From an uncultured Candidatus Saccharibacteria bacterium (GTDB lineage: Bacteria > Patescibacteriota > Minisyncoccia > Phycocordibacterales > VMEP01): a stretch of DNA of 48,043 nucleotides. Each line of letters begins with the position of its first letter. The first letter of the stretch is position 1. The notes beneath the pieces were generated by a model. It worked only from the letters and a program-made list of their open reading frames with translations, ran no database searches and was not told where the DNA came from. The translations under genes were made by a program, and so were the position numbers. The DNA lies in the NCBI GenBank assembly GCA_964361185.1, contig CAYHZS010000001.1:1-48043 (forward strand), in the 5' to 3' direction. Positions 35,415 to 43,496 of the stretch are shown here, piece by piece.

Positions 35415-36524
35415 TCAACACTCATCCCATATTTCTTTCATACGTTTTAGATACTCTTCTTTGCTTATGGCCAGAGGTTCAATTGCCGTCTCCGCGCGAA
35501 GCGCGATTTCTTTGCAAAGAGCCGGGTAAGCAATTAGGCGTTCCAGTCCACGGCAAAAACAAGTAGCATCCCCAATGGGGCAAATGAACGCCTCTTCCCC
35601 ATTTCTTAAGACAGAGCCGGCTATGCCCGTATCGGTAGAAATAATTGGACAATCCGAAGCGGCGGCTTCAATAAGCGCCATGCCGAAACCCTCATACTTG
35701 GAAGTATTAAGAAAAGCATCTGCTGTTTTAAAATAAGACACAACGTCCTCAACCCAACCAACAAAGATGACTTTGTCTTGTAACTTGTAATCTGTAACTT
35801 GTGACTTTAGTTTCGATTCTTCGGGGCCGGATCCGACAATGATCAAACCTGCTTTGGGGTGATTTTTTATGACTTCCGCCAGCGCTTCAATCCCCAATCC
35901 AATATTTTTTTCGCGTGTTAGGCGCGAAACCATCAAAATTATGAAATCAAACTGCGGATATTTTTTACGCAAATCGATTTTTGGTTCGGCTTTGCGAATT
36001 TTTTCAATATCCACAAAGACCGGAAGGACGACAGGAATAGCTTTTAGCTTATAGCTTTTAGCTTTTAGGGAATCGGATATTCGTTTTGAGACGACGCGGA
36101 TGCTGTCAGCTTTGGGCAGAAGAAACCTGGACAAAAACACGCGGATTTTATTCAAAAATGACTCATCGGCAAAATACGGACTTAGGAAATCCGTGTGAAT
36201 CTGCAGTTCAAGCTTGGCGCCGATTTTTTTTGATATTAGCCAGGCAAAAAGTCCCGTCTCAAACGGGTCCTGCGAAGTTACCATGTCGGCTTTTATCTTT
36301 TTTCCAATTCCCAAAAAAGACAGGCGTGAAGAAATCCTGTCTTTCGACGCCGTCGGATACACAAAAACATTCGGAGCAATATTTATTCTGTTTTTTTCTC
36401 CACCTAAAGACGCAACCAAAATATTAAGTTCCCCGCAAATCGTACCGTAAGAAATCATCCGCGCCCTGACAGCGCTTCCCTCTTTCAATAAATTACCGTC
36501 GGTTGAAAGCATCAGTACTTTCAT
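35415..36524 (-). CDS. GT4 family glycosyltransferase
   Basis: LNTSKYEGFGMALIEAAASDCPIISTDTGIAGSVL. Confidence 0.8.
   Translation of the reverse strand: MKVLMLSTDGNLLKEGSAVRARMISYGTICGELNILVASLGGEKNRINIAPNVFVYPTASKDRISSRLSFLGIGKKIKADMVTSQDPFETGLFAWLISKKIGAKLELQIHTDFLSPYFADESFLNKIRVFLSRFLLPKADSIRVVSKRISDSLKAKSYKLKAIPVVLPVFVDIEKIRKAEPKIDLRKKYPQFDFIILMVSRLTREKNIGLGIEALAEVIKNHPKAGLIIVGSGPEESKLKSQVTDYKLQDKVIFVGWVEDVVSYFKTADAFLNTSKYEGFGMALIEAAASDCPIISTDTGIAGSVLRNGEEAFICPIGDATCFCRGLERLIAYPALCKEIALRAETAIEPLAISKEEYLKRMKEIWDEC
35777..35804. repeat. Imperfect heptanucleotide tandem repeat inside the GT4 gene
   Basis: CTTGTAA CTTGTAA TCTGTAA CTTGTGA (2 perfect and 2 imperfect units). Confidence 0.6.
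36038..36068. repeat. Heptanucleotide tandem repeat inside the same GT4 gene
   Basis: TAGCTTT TAGCTTA TAGCTTT TAGCTTT TAG (about 4.4 units with one mismatch). Confidence 0.65.
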
Positions 36525-37627
36525 TTATTTAGTAGTTCAATTAATGAATCAATCATTTTTTCTTTAGTAAATTGCGCGACTGTTTCCTTTCCGCGCGCAC
36601 TGCACTCATGAGCAAAATCTTCATCCCGAAACATCTTTTCGACCGCCACAGAAAGAGCCTTCTTGTCATTATAAGGGAACAGTAAACCATTCCTTCCGCT
36701 TTCTACAATTTCCGGATTACCGCCCACGTCCGTAGTAACTAAAGGCGTCCCTATGGCCATAACTTCAAGTATTTGGTGCGAAAAGCCCTCATAGCCGGTA
36801 TTTAGGACAAATACCCTGGCTTGCCTTATATATTCGAAATTTGCCGCCTGGGAGACGTTCCCGACCATATAGACGTTGCGCCCAAGTTCAAGCTGTTTTA
36901 TACGCCGTTCTATTACCCCTCTTTCTGGGCCATCACCGACAATACATAGTTTCAAATCGGGAAACTTCTTGTTGAGTTCAATCATTGTCTCTACCAGGGA
37001 CATGAATCCTTTCCAGGGAACCAGACGGCCAGAAGAAACGATTGTTTTGCCATAAAGCTGAACTTTGGGACGACTTTCATCCGGATAAATCGAGAGCCCT
37101 TCAAACGCATTATATATGACGGAAATTTTTTCCTCGGGAATCCCCCAGCGCATAACAATTTTTCTCAGATATTTACTCGGCACAATAATTTTTTCCGCGC
37201 GTTTCGCCACAAAGTTTTCGATGATACGGAATATTTGTACTGATAGCGAATAAGCATTAGCGGGCTTTTTTGAAAATTCGTCGAGCAGGTCTTTAACGCC
37301 GAATCTCTGCACGCCCTGTTCCCAGGCATAATCGCCTGGAATCCTAAGCAAAAATCGTTTGTCGGTCAATTTTGACGCCAAATAAGCCGGAAGACCGACC
37401 GACACCGGGTCTTGCGCGTAAATTATGTCCGCTTTTTTAGTCTGCAATAAAATTTTTCCGAAATAAACAAGATGCCGGATTATTTTCGGCAGGTGCCTAA
37501 CTGCGTCGAAAGAAACCACCGCTACATCTATTCCGCGCTTGGGCAATTCGTCATTCAAAAGTTTGGAGTAAGTAGCCGGCCCGCCAATTGAGGGTGGATA
37601 TATTCCGGTAGCTATTAAGAGTTTCAT
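36521..37627 (-). CDS. GT4 family glycosyltransferase
   Basis: GIYPPSIGGPATY N-terminus and VLNTGYEGFSHQILEVMAIGTPLVTTDVGGNPEIVESGRNGLL. ATGA overlap with the downstream GT4 gene. Confidence 0.8.
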   Translation of the reverse strand: MKLLIATGIYPPSIGGPATYSKLLNDELPKRGIDVAVVSFDAVRHLPKIIRHLVYFGKILLQTKKADIIYAQDPVSVGLPAYLASKLTDKRFLLRIPGDYAWEQGVQRFGVKDLLDEFSKKPANAYSLSVQIFRIIENFVAKRAEKIIVPSKYLRKIVMRWGIPEEKISVIYNAFEGLSIYPDESRPKVQLYGKTIVSSGRLVPWKGFMSLVETMIELNKKFPDLKLCIVGDGPERGVIERRIKQLELGRNVYMVGNVSQAANFEYIRQARVFVLNTGYEGFSHQILEVMAIGTPLVTTDVGGNPEIVESGRNGLLFPYNDKKALSVAVEKMFRDEDFAHECSARGKETVAQFTKEKMIDSLIELLNK

Positions 37628-37647
37628 ATATTTTTTTACGATTACCT

Positions 37648-37687
37648 TTCCTTACTCTAATGTTCTTAAGAACATTAGAGTAAGGAA
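37648..37687. repeat. 40-bp perfect palindrome between two co-directional GT4 genes
   Basis: TTCCTTACTCTAATGTTCTT|AAGAACATTAGAGTAAGGAA: 20-nt arms with no spacer and a central CTTAAG. Lies in the 73-nt gap between the stop at 37701 and the start at 37627. No U-tract follows on the transcribed (minus) strand. Confidence 0.9.
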
Positions 37688-37700
37688 CATTGGACACAGA

Positions 37701-38906
37701 CTATTTCAAAACCCTATCTAAAACATTTTCTTTCATCATTTTTGAAACCAGATTCCAATCATATCTCATGGGAACAAGTTTTCTGGCATTTCCTACGATA
37801 CGAGCGCGAAGTGAAACATCATTCATGTATCTTAAAACCGCTTTGGAAATTCCTTCGGGGTCTCTCGTTTTTACGGCAAGGCCGGTCGGTTCTTTGTCGG
37901 GATTGTTTTCGGGGTCATATAAAAAATCAGCTATGCCTCCTTCTTGGGTAGCAATAACGGGCAGTTCCGCCGCCATAGCCTCGACAAAAACAATGCCGAA
38001 TCCTTCCGAAAGCGATGGGCGAATGTATATGTCACACGCCTTAAGATACTTGGGCGAATCGGAATGCTTTATCTGCCCCAGAAAATTAACTCTTTCCGAC
38101 ACTTCTTTTTCGCGCGTAAGCTTTTTGAGCATTTCCATATCAGGGCCGATTCCGCCGATTACGAACTTAATTCTACTCGGCAGAAGAGGGAGCGCGCGTA
38201 TCACATCGTCAACGGCATTTTTCTTAACCAAACGCGAAGTAGTAATGAGTATGGTGCTATCCTCCTCAAAGCCGAAGCTCCGCCTGATTTTTGAAATTTC
38301 TTCCGGAGGATAATTTTGGGAAAAATATTTTACATCCACGCCGTTGGGAACAATTGCCGAAGGTCCTTTGTAACCGAGAGAACGTACCGTTCCAAGAAGG
38401 TAGGAGGACACGACAACCAAAAAATCCGCCTTGGTAAAAAGCATGCGGAACAACGGGCCAGCAATACGCGCGCGGCTCTCGTAATAAGGAAACGGGTCTC
38501 CATCGTCGGCACGCGCAATATACTTAATCCAGGGAAATAAGAACTTGAAAAAGAGAGTCGCGAAAGAAGAGTAGCTGGTCATTGTCGTCATTACGGCATC
38601 ATACGGTTTGCGTCTGTGCAAAACTATTGCGTAAGCCAAAGCCCAAAATGGATAGAGATACTTGTTTATAACCAGAGGAAATTTTTTGAAATCAGCAATG
38701 CCGGAATTTTTGTAAGTAAAGCCGATGCGGAAAATATCTATGTTCCCGAAACGCTCAAATTTCGGAAGAGATGGGTCGAATCGAAGAGTAATCATATCAA
38801 AAGAATATTCTTCTTTGGGAATCCTATCTGTCACTTCCTTAATGGCCACCTCCGCTCCGCCGATGAACGGATGGTAAGTCAGGGAGAAAAAAAGGATGCG
38901 TTTCAT
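37701..38906 (-). CDS. GT4 family glycosyltransferase
   Basis: FFSLTYHPFIGGAEVA N-terminus and IYIRPSLSEGFGIVFVEAMAAELPVIATQEGGIADFL. Start taken at ATG 38906 (MKRILFF), directly after the cupin stop; the track start at 38966 lies inside the cupin gene. Confidence 0.8.
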   Translation of the reverse strand: MKRILFFSLTYHPFIGGAEVAIKEVTDRIPKEEYSFDMITLRFDPSLPKFERFGNIDIFRIGFTYKNSGIADFKKFPLVINKYLYPFWALAYAIVLHRRKPYDAVMTTMTSYSSFATLFFKFLFPWIKYIARADDGDPFPYYESRARIAGPLFRMLFTKADFLVVVSSYLLGTVRSLGYKGPSAIVPNGVDVKYFSQNYPPEEISKIRRSFGFEEDSTILITTSRLVKKNAVDDVIRALPLLPSRIKFVIGGIGPDMEMLKKLTREKEVSERVNFLGQIKHSDSPKYLKACDIYIRPSLSEGFGIVFVEAMAAELPVIATQEGGIADFLYDPENNPDKEPTGLAVKTRDPEGISKAVLRYMNDVSLRARIVGNARKLVPMRYDWNLVSKMMKENVLDRVLK

Positions 38907-38907
38907 A

Positions 38908-39411
38908 TTATCTACGCCAGTCGGGCTTAAATTCGGGGACAGAATTTTTCGCCGAAATCGTGCCAATAATCAAAGCGTACTCTGGGGACAGATTAGCCAC
39001 TGTATGGCGCACGCCTGATTTACTCACCACCGCATCCCCCGCCCTTATTAGAGTTCCTTGTTCTTTGATTGACCCTTTGTCTTTTTCCGTAAGAGTGTCG
39101 CTTTCTATGAAATACACTTCCCCTTTGCTTATCAAATTTATCTCGTCCACGCTCGTATGGCTGTGGAATGGCTGTACGTGCATCGGCGGAACTTCTGTAA
39201 TTACATATTTTAACGGCACAGCCCCACCGTCTTCAGAGGCGATGTTTCCCACATAACTCCGGATTTCAAATTTTTTATTGCGCGCGTTTTTAAGTATCTC
39301 TTCAATTTTAGGATTACCACCAGAGTAGCGCAAATACTGCCCCTCCTCGCCAATTTTTTTGCCAGGATCTATGATTGCGACTTCAAGCGTTTCTTTGCGG
39401 AGAATTTGCAT
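38908..39411 (-). CDS. Cupin domain protein (metal-binding cupin_2 type)
   Basis: PFHSHTSVDEINLISKGEVYF (G/HxH...E...G motif 1) and GDAVVSKSGVRHTVAN (motif 2). Confidence 0.7.
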   Translation of the reverse strand: MQILRKETLEVAIIDPGKKIGEEGQYLRYSGGNPKIEEILKNARNKKFEIRSYVGNIASEDGGAVPLKYVITEVPPMHVQPFHSHTSVDEINLISKGEVYFIESDTLTEKDKGSIKEQGTLIRAGDAVVSKSGVRHTVANLSPEYALIIGTISAKNSVPEFKPDWRR

Positions 39412-39430
39412 TTCTTTATGGTTTTATGGA

Positions 39431-39536
39431 ATCAAAACGCCCAATAATCAAAACCGTGGCCAGGCCACTTTACCCCAGATAAACACCCTAAATAAGCATT
39501 AAGTTACTCCTGAAATAACACCCCAATAATTAAAAC
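39431..39536 (-). promoter_or_regulatory. Direct repeats in the upstream region of the cupin/GT4 operon
   Basis: CCCAATAATCAAAAC (39440-39454) and CCCAATAATTAAAAC (39522-39536) match at 14/15 positions. A third partial copy, ATCAAAAC (39431-39438), abuts the first. The short palindrome GTGGCC-A-GGCCAC (39456-39468) lies between them. Confidence 0.35.
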
Positions 39537-39562
39537 TCTAGCAAAAAATGGCGATATTTACC

Positions 39563-39589
39563 AATAAAAAAGCCAGGTCGAAACCCGGC
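39563..39589 (-). terminator. Intrinsic terminator after the small G+C-rich ORF
   Basis: The minus-strand RNA reads GCCGGG-UUUCGA-CCUGGC (one G-U pair) followed by UUUUUUAUU. Confidence 0.55.
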
Positions 39590-39609
39590 TCTCCGCGGAG
39601 TATGCTGCG

Positions 39610-39867
39610 CTATTCCGCGCGCGACGGATCCAGTGAATCACCGGCAGCTTCCGCGGCCTGCCGACCGCGTTCCCAATGTACGCTTGGCGACAAATTCTGC
39701 TCTCTTACAGCCTCGACAAATGCGTCGGCTTTGGCATCAGCTTCATCTCCTCTCCCGAATTCAAGGACGACAACTGTCATGCCGTCCCAGCGCAAATCGC
39801 GGTATAACTGCCCCTCGTTCAGGGGATGGACCCCGGACACAAACGCCTTGGGAGCACGTTGGCTCAT
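39610..39867 (-). CDS. Small hypothetical protein (85 aa), no family recognised
   Basis: ATG 39867 lies 7 nt after GGAGGG, and a terminator follows. Hand-counted G+C is about 58% over 39601-39880, versus about 42% in the adjacent SDR gene. The plus-strand ORFs here are Arg/Ser-rich shadows. Confidence 0.55.
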   Translation of the reverse strand: MSQRAPKAFVSGVHPLNEGQLYRDLRWDGMTVVVLEFGRGDEADAKADAFVEAVREQNLSPSVHWERGRQAAEAAGDSLDPSRAE

Positions 39868-39921
39868 ACTTTTACCCTCCGTCAAGTTGATCGGACAAAC
39901 CTACAGCAAAACTATCATTCT

Positions 39922-40785
39922 CTATTCTTTTTGCAAGCCACACACTTTTTCCGAAACTACCCAAAGCTTTTCTGCCGTATTCATATCATAAGATTCTTCA
40001 GATGAGCGTTTTTTTGTTTTACGGTCAAAATATTCTCCCGTCACACCATCTAGTTCGCGACTTGTAGCAAGATACGCGATTCCTTCTCCTGCTTTTTCTT
40101 CGCTTATCATCGTAAGGTGGAAAGCGGTTTTTACTAAGATATTTGTATCAGCCAAAAACTCTTTGGTGATTTTTGTGTTTATAACCCCCGGATGCATGGC
40201 ATTTGCCATAACTCCGCTCCCCTCTAATTCTTTCGCGAGCTTTCTGGTAAATAGAAGTAGGGCGAGTTTTGATTGGGAATAGGCCGAATATTTATCAAAA
40301 TTTTTACCCTCGACCAAATTACTGAAATCAATGTGTCCTTCAGCGTGCATCATTGATGATACGTTCACAATTCTAGACGGTGCACTGTTTTTCAAAGTCG
40401 GCAAAAGTAAATTAGTGAGCAAAAATGGCGCAAAATAATTTACCGCCATATCCATTTCAATATTATCTTTGGAAAATTTAAGTTCCGTTTCCCCTACACC
40501 GGCATTGTTTATTAAAATATCAAGCCTGCCATATTTTTTCTGAAAATCACCAGCCAGTTTTCTCACCTCGACCAAAGACGCCAAGTCACAAATAAAATAA
40601 TCCGCTTCCGCGCCGGTTTTTTCTTTTATTTCTTTTTTAACCAACTCGCCGGAATTTTCAGAACGCGCGGTAAAAATTACCTTTATACCCAATTTAGCCA
40701 AAGCGATGGTCGCTTCCTTACCAATACCAGAAGTAGCTCCTGTTATCAATACAGCCTTCTTTTCCATTTTCTTTTCCATAAGCAT
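39922..40785 (-). CDS. Short-chain dehydrogenase/reductase (retinol-dehydrogenase-like classical SDR)
   Basis: LITGATSGIGKE, NNAG, YSQSKLA (YxxxK). Several alternative ATG starts exist (40785, 40779, 40767). Confidence 0.85.
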   Translation of the reverse strand: MLMEKKMEKKAVLITGATSGIGKEATIALAKLGIKVIFTARSENSGELVKKEIKEKTGAEADYFICDLASLVEVRKLAGDFQKKYGRLDILINNAGVGETELKFSKDNIEMDMAVNYFAPFLLTNLLLPTLKNSAPSRIVNVSSMMHAEGHIDFSNLVEGKNFDKYSAYSQSKLALLLFTRKLAKELEGSGVMANAMHPGVINTKITKEFLADTNILVKTAFHLTMISEEKAGEGIAYLATSRELDGVTGEYFDRKTKKRSSEESYDMNTAEKLWVVSEKVCGLQKE

Positions 40786-40822
40786 ACATCATACATTATT
40801 AGCGAAATAGAGCGAACAAATT

Positions 40823-40996
40823 TTATTCTACAATTTCTATCTTTTCCGCAGGGTGGTCGCTCTCGCTCACTCCGTTTTCCTCTCTCTGTAATAAAATAAG
40901 TCCACCTACGGCAACCACTATTATTAGAACCACACCAAAAAGCCAGGTGTAACTGTTATTGTTCTTTCCAGCTGGCCCATTTGCTACTGCAACTGT
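40823..40996 (-). pseudogene. Start-less 57-codon open frame resembling the membrane-anchor tail of the LTD/PKD surface protein
   Basis: ..NSYTWLFGVVLIIVVAVGGLILLQREENGVSESDHPAEKIEIVE* aligns without gaps to the C-terminus of the 42015..43487 product (..LNYIWLLGVLGVSAVALVGVFFTRRLERPEDNLEKIAREIEIIEG*). No ATG/GTG/TTG occurs before the hydrophobic segment, and a TAA lies immediately upstream. Confidence 0.45.
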
Positions 40997-41110
40997 TTAC
41001 CTTGTAATCTCCGAAATATCAGAATTTTCAAGCATTTTTGGTAATGTGAACACGCATATAGTTAACTGTACAGCGTTTACTCTTGAAGGGGCAAAAAGTA
41101 TACTAAATAG

Positions 41111-41956
41111 ATGAATCTACTATCGCGTCTCGCCGCTTCGGAACAATTGATAGAGCTTTACACAAACACAAAAAAAGAACCAACCGCGGTAAATAGATTG
41201 AAAAAGCTTCTTCGGCAACCGATAAAATATCTGTATCAAAATGCTATCAAAGTAGGGCTCGGCAATGCCGATCGGCCTGTGAGGACATTCTGGGGACAAA
41301 ATCTATTACTTCCTATTTCTGATGAAAATGCCGTTCTCATATATTATTGCGGTTCATTGGGGTTCGGCGAGTCTGCGTTCACACGATTTCTCATAGAAAA
41401 TACCAGCAAGAATGATGTTTTTTACGACATCGGAGCCAACTATGGGTATTATAGTTCCCTTGCAAGTACACTCGGCGCAGAAGTTCATTCATTTGAACCA
41501 AATCCAAGCGTATTACCCTATACGCGCAAAAATGTTTCATATCTCAACGAAATTGCTTTAGCTGATAAATCAGGAGTCCTTGCATTTTCGGATATTTCTG
41601 CGAGCAAAAAGAGCGGAATGAGCACTCTCTTTCCAGACATACTGACTGAAGAACATCGCCGAACACAGAAGATAATAACAGTACCAGTAACAACTTTGGA
41701 TGAATATATACAGTATCACCATCCACCGACTATAATAAAAATGGACGTGGAAAATGCTGAATGTCTTGTCCTTGAAGGAGGAAAAAAACTATTCTCCTTG
41801 TATGCGCCTGTTCTGGCGATGGAAATATATACAAGCACAAATCAAGTTGCGCAGGAACGGACACAAAAAGCACTTTCACTTCTAAAGGGGTTTGGCTATT
41901 CAAAAGACGAAACTGAACCAAAATCTGATATGTATATATTTAGGAAAGGAAAGTAG
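41111..41956 (+). CDS. FkbM family methyltransferase
   Basis: FYDIGANYGYYSSLASTLGAEVHSFEPNPSV and IIKMDVENAECLVLEGG. Confidence 0.8.
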   Translation: MNLLSRLAASEQLIELYTNTKKEPTAVNRLKKLLRQPIKYLYQNAIKVGLGNADRPVRTFWGQNLLLPISDENAVLIYYCGSLGFGESAFTRFLIENTSKNDVFYDIGANYGYYSSLASTLGAEVHSFEPNPSVLPYTRKNVSYLNEIALADKSGVLAFSDISASKKSGMSTLFPDILTEEHRRTQKIITVPVTTLDEYIQYHHPPTIIKMDVENAECLVLEGGKKLFSLYAPVLAMEIYTSTNQVAQERTQKALSLLKGFGYSKDETEPKSDMYIFRKGK

Positions 41957-42014
41957 TAATCGATAAAAGAACACCAAGAATTTGCGGTTTTTGTTTTTAC
42001 TTCATCACAATTTT

Positions 42015-43487
42015 TCATCCCTCAATGATTTCTATCTCCCGCGCTATTTTCTCCAGATTATCTTCCGGCCGTTCAAGCCGGCGGGTAAAAAAGACGCCCA
42101 CCAAAGCAACTGCGGAAACTCCCAGAACCCCCAACAGCCAGATATAATTTAGCCCCGTATCCTTGACTGCCAAAGCCGGGGTAGCCATATTCTCTTCTTC
42201 CTCCTGGTTGACCTCAAGAGGGGCAGTGGGTGTCTCGTTTTTCGGAACTAAAACACTCGGCTCGACACTTTTGCGGGTCGATGTATTCTCTGATTGAACC
42301 AACTTGGCAACAGCTTTGGTTTCTCCGAACCGATGGGCTAAGGTACCGTTCGGATAACGGAGTTCTGGCACGCTTCCCTCCCCGACCAGTAGACCAGTGA
42401 CTTCGTTGGGAAAAATAAGCCGCTTCCCACCCATAACAAAAGTATTTTTGGGAATTTCAAAATTTTTGTTTCCTGCCTGCGCCGTGCCCGTCGCGGCAGG
42501 CAGGTCTAAAGCAAGCCACCACCCACCCAAATCGATATTTGAATTTGAAGAGTTGTAGAGTTCCACGAAATAATCTTTGCCATCCGTTACCCTAGAAATT
42601 GAAATTGGGGAATTTTCCGCTTTCACCTTGAGCTGGTCGGAACCAGAAAAATATCCTGACCCCACATCTAGCACGACCAAATAATCTCCCGGGTAACGGT
42701 AAGCGTGTTCCACGATTTTTCCTTCTTTCATCGCTCCGTCCCCGAAGCTCCACAAAAAGCGTGCATTCTCCAGTGGCTCTTTTTTCAAGCCGTATGCTTT
42801 TCCTTCAAAAATAACTCCGGCTCCGACGACGACTATCTTGTCTTTACCCGCATCGGCAAACACTTGCGGTTCGACCGGCCAATTGGAACCCCCTGATGAC
42901 TGCGCGGGTGCGGATAATGGTTCAGGCGACGAGAACTGATTTGTGTTTTGCGTTTGACTGTCTAATACCAAGGTTGCCATTCCAGGCGCCGGTAACGCGG
43001 CAATCCAATTCCCCGAAGAATTTTTCTGGATGGAGTTGCCGTTATTTGTTGCGCTGTCCACGGGTGCGTAAGTAAAACTGTCTTCAGTTACGCTTCCTTC
43101 TGCCGAACAAGAGTTACTACAAAGTTTCAATGGTTCGCCACTACTGTTTAGATTAAACGAACTGTCAAAAAGAGCGCCGCTAAAATTCGGCCAATCCGCC
43201 AAAAAAGTGGGGGTTGAATTTGAAATAACAGCAAACGACCCTGGCTGGAGCACTGCGTCGCCACGCTCAAGTTTCAAGCCATGATTGGTATTGGCCTCAA
43301 AAAATTTATAAGTTGTTAGGTCAACAGGCTGAGGTCCGCTATTGCTGATTTCAACCCAGTCATGTTCTCCGCTTCCCTCGGTTCCCGGGAAATCATACAT
43401 TATTTCGGTAAAAACAACCCCGGCGTAAACAACCGACGGAATAAGCAATTGTATTAAGAATAAAGAAAAGGCCGCTCTCCTCTTCAT
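42015..43487 (-). CDS. Secreted, C-terminally membrane-anchored surface protein with two lamin-tail domains flanking a PKD domain
   Basis: Signal-peptide-like MKRRAAFSLFLIQLLIPSVVYAG. LTD signature VVFTEIMYDFPG...HDWVEISNSGPQPVDLTTYKF. PKD signature FLWSFGDG...HAYRYPGDYLVVLDV. Second LTD-like YFVELYNSSNSNIDLGGWWL. C-terminal helix IWLLGVLGVSAVALVGVFF. Confidence 0.7.
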   Translation of the reverse strand: MKRRAAFSLFLIQLLIPSVVYAGVVFTEIMYDFPGTEGSGEHDWVEISNSGPQPVDLTTYKFFEANTNHGLKLERGDAVLQPGSFAVISNSTPTFLADWPNFSGALFDSSFNLNSSGEPLKLCSNSCSAEGSVTEDSFTYAPVDSATNNGNSIQKNSSGNWIAALPAPGMATLVLDSQTQNTNQFSSPEPLSAPAQSSGGSNWPVEPQVFADAGKDKIVVVGAGVIFEGKAYGLKKEPLENARFLWSFGDGAMKEGKIVEHAYRYPGDYLVVLDVGSGYFSGSDQLKVKAENSPISISRVTDGKDYFVELYNSSNSNIDLGGWWLALDLPAATGTAQAGNKNFEIPKNTFVMGGKRLIFPNEVTGLLVGEGSVPELRYPNGTLAHRFGETKAVAKLVQSENTSTRKSVEPSVLVPKNETPTAPLEVNQEEEENMATPALAVKDTGLNYIWLLGVLGVSAVALVGVFFTRRLERPEDNLEKIAREIEIIEG

Positions 43488-43496
43488 ACGTATGGA

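Noticed and set aside
35777-36068. The heptamer repeats, or any other repeat in the window, considered as a CRISPR array.
   Set aside because: The units are 7 nt with no spacers and lie inside a coding frame. No 25-40-nt repeat-spacer periodicity or cas genes are visible anywhere in the window.
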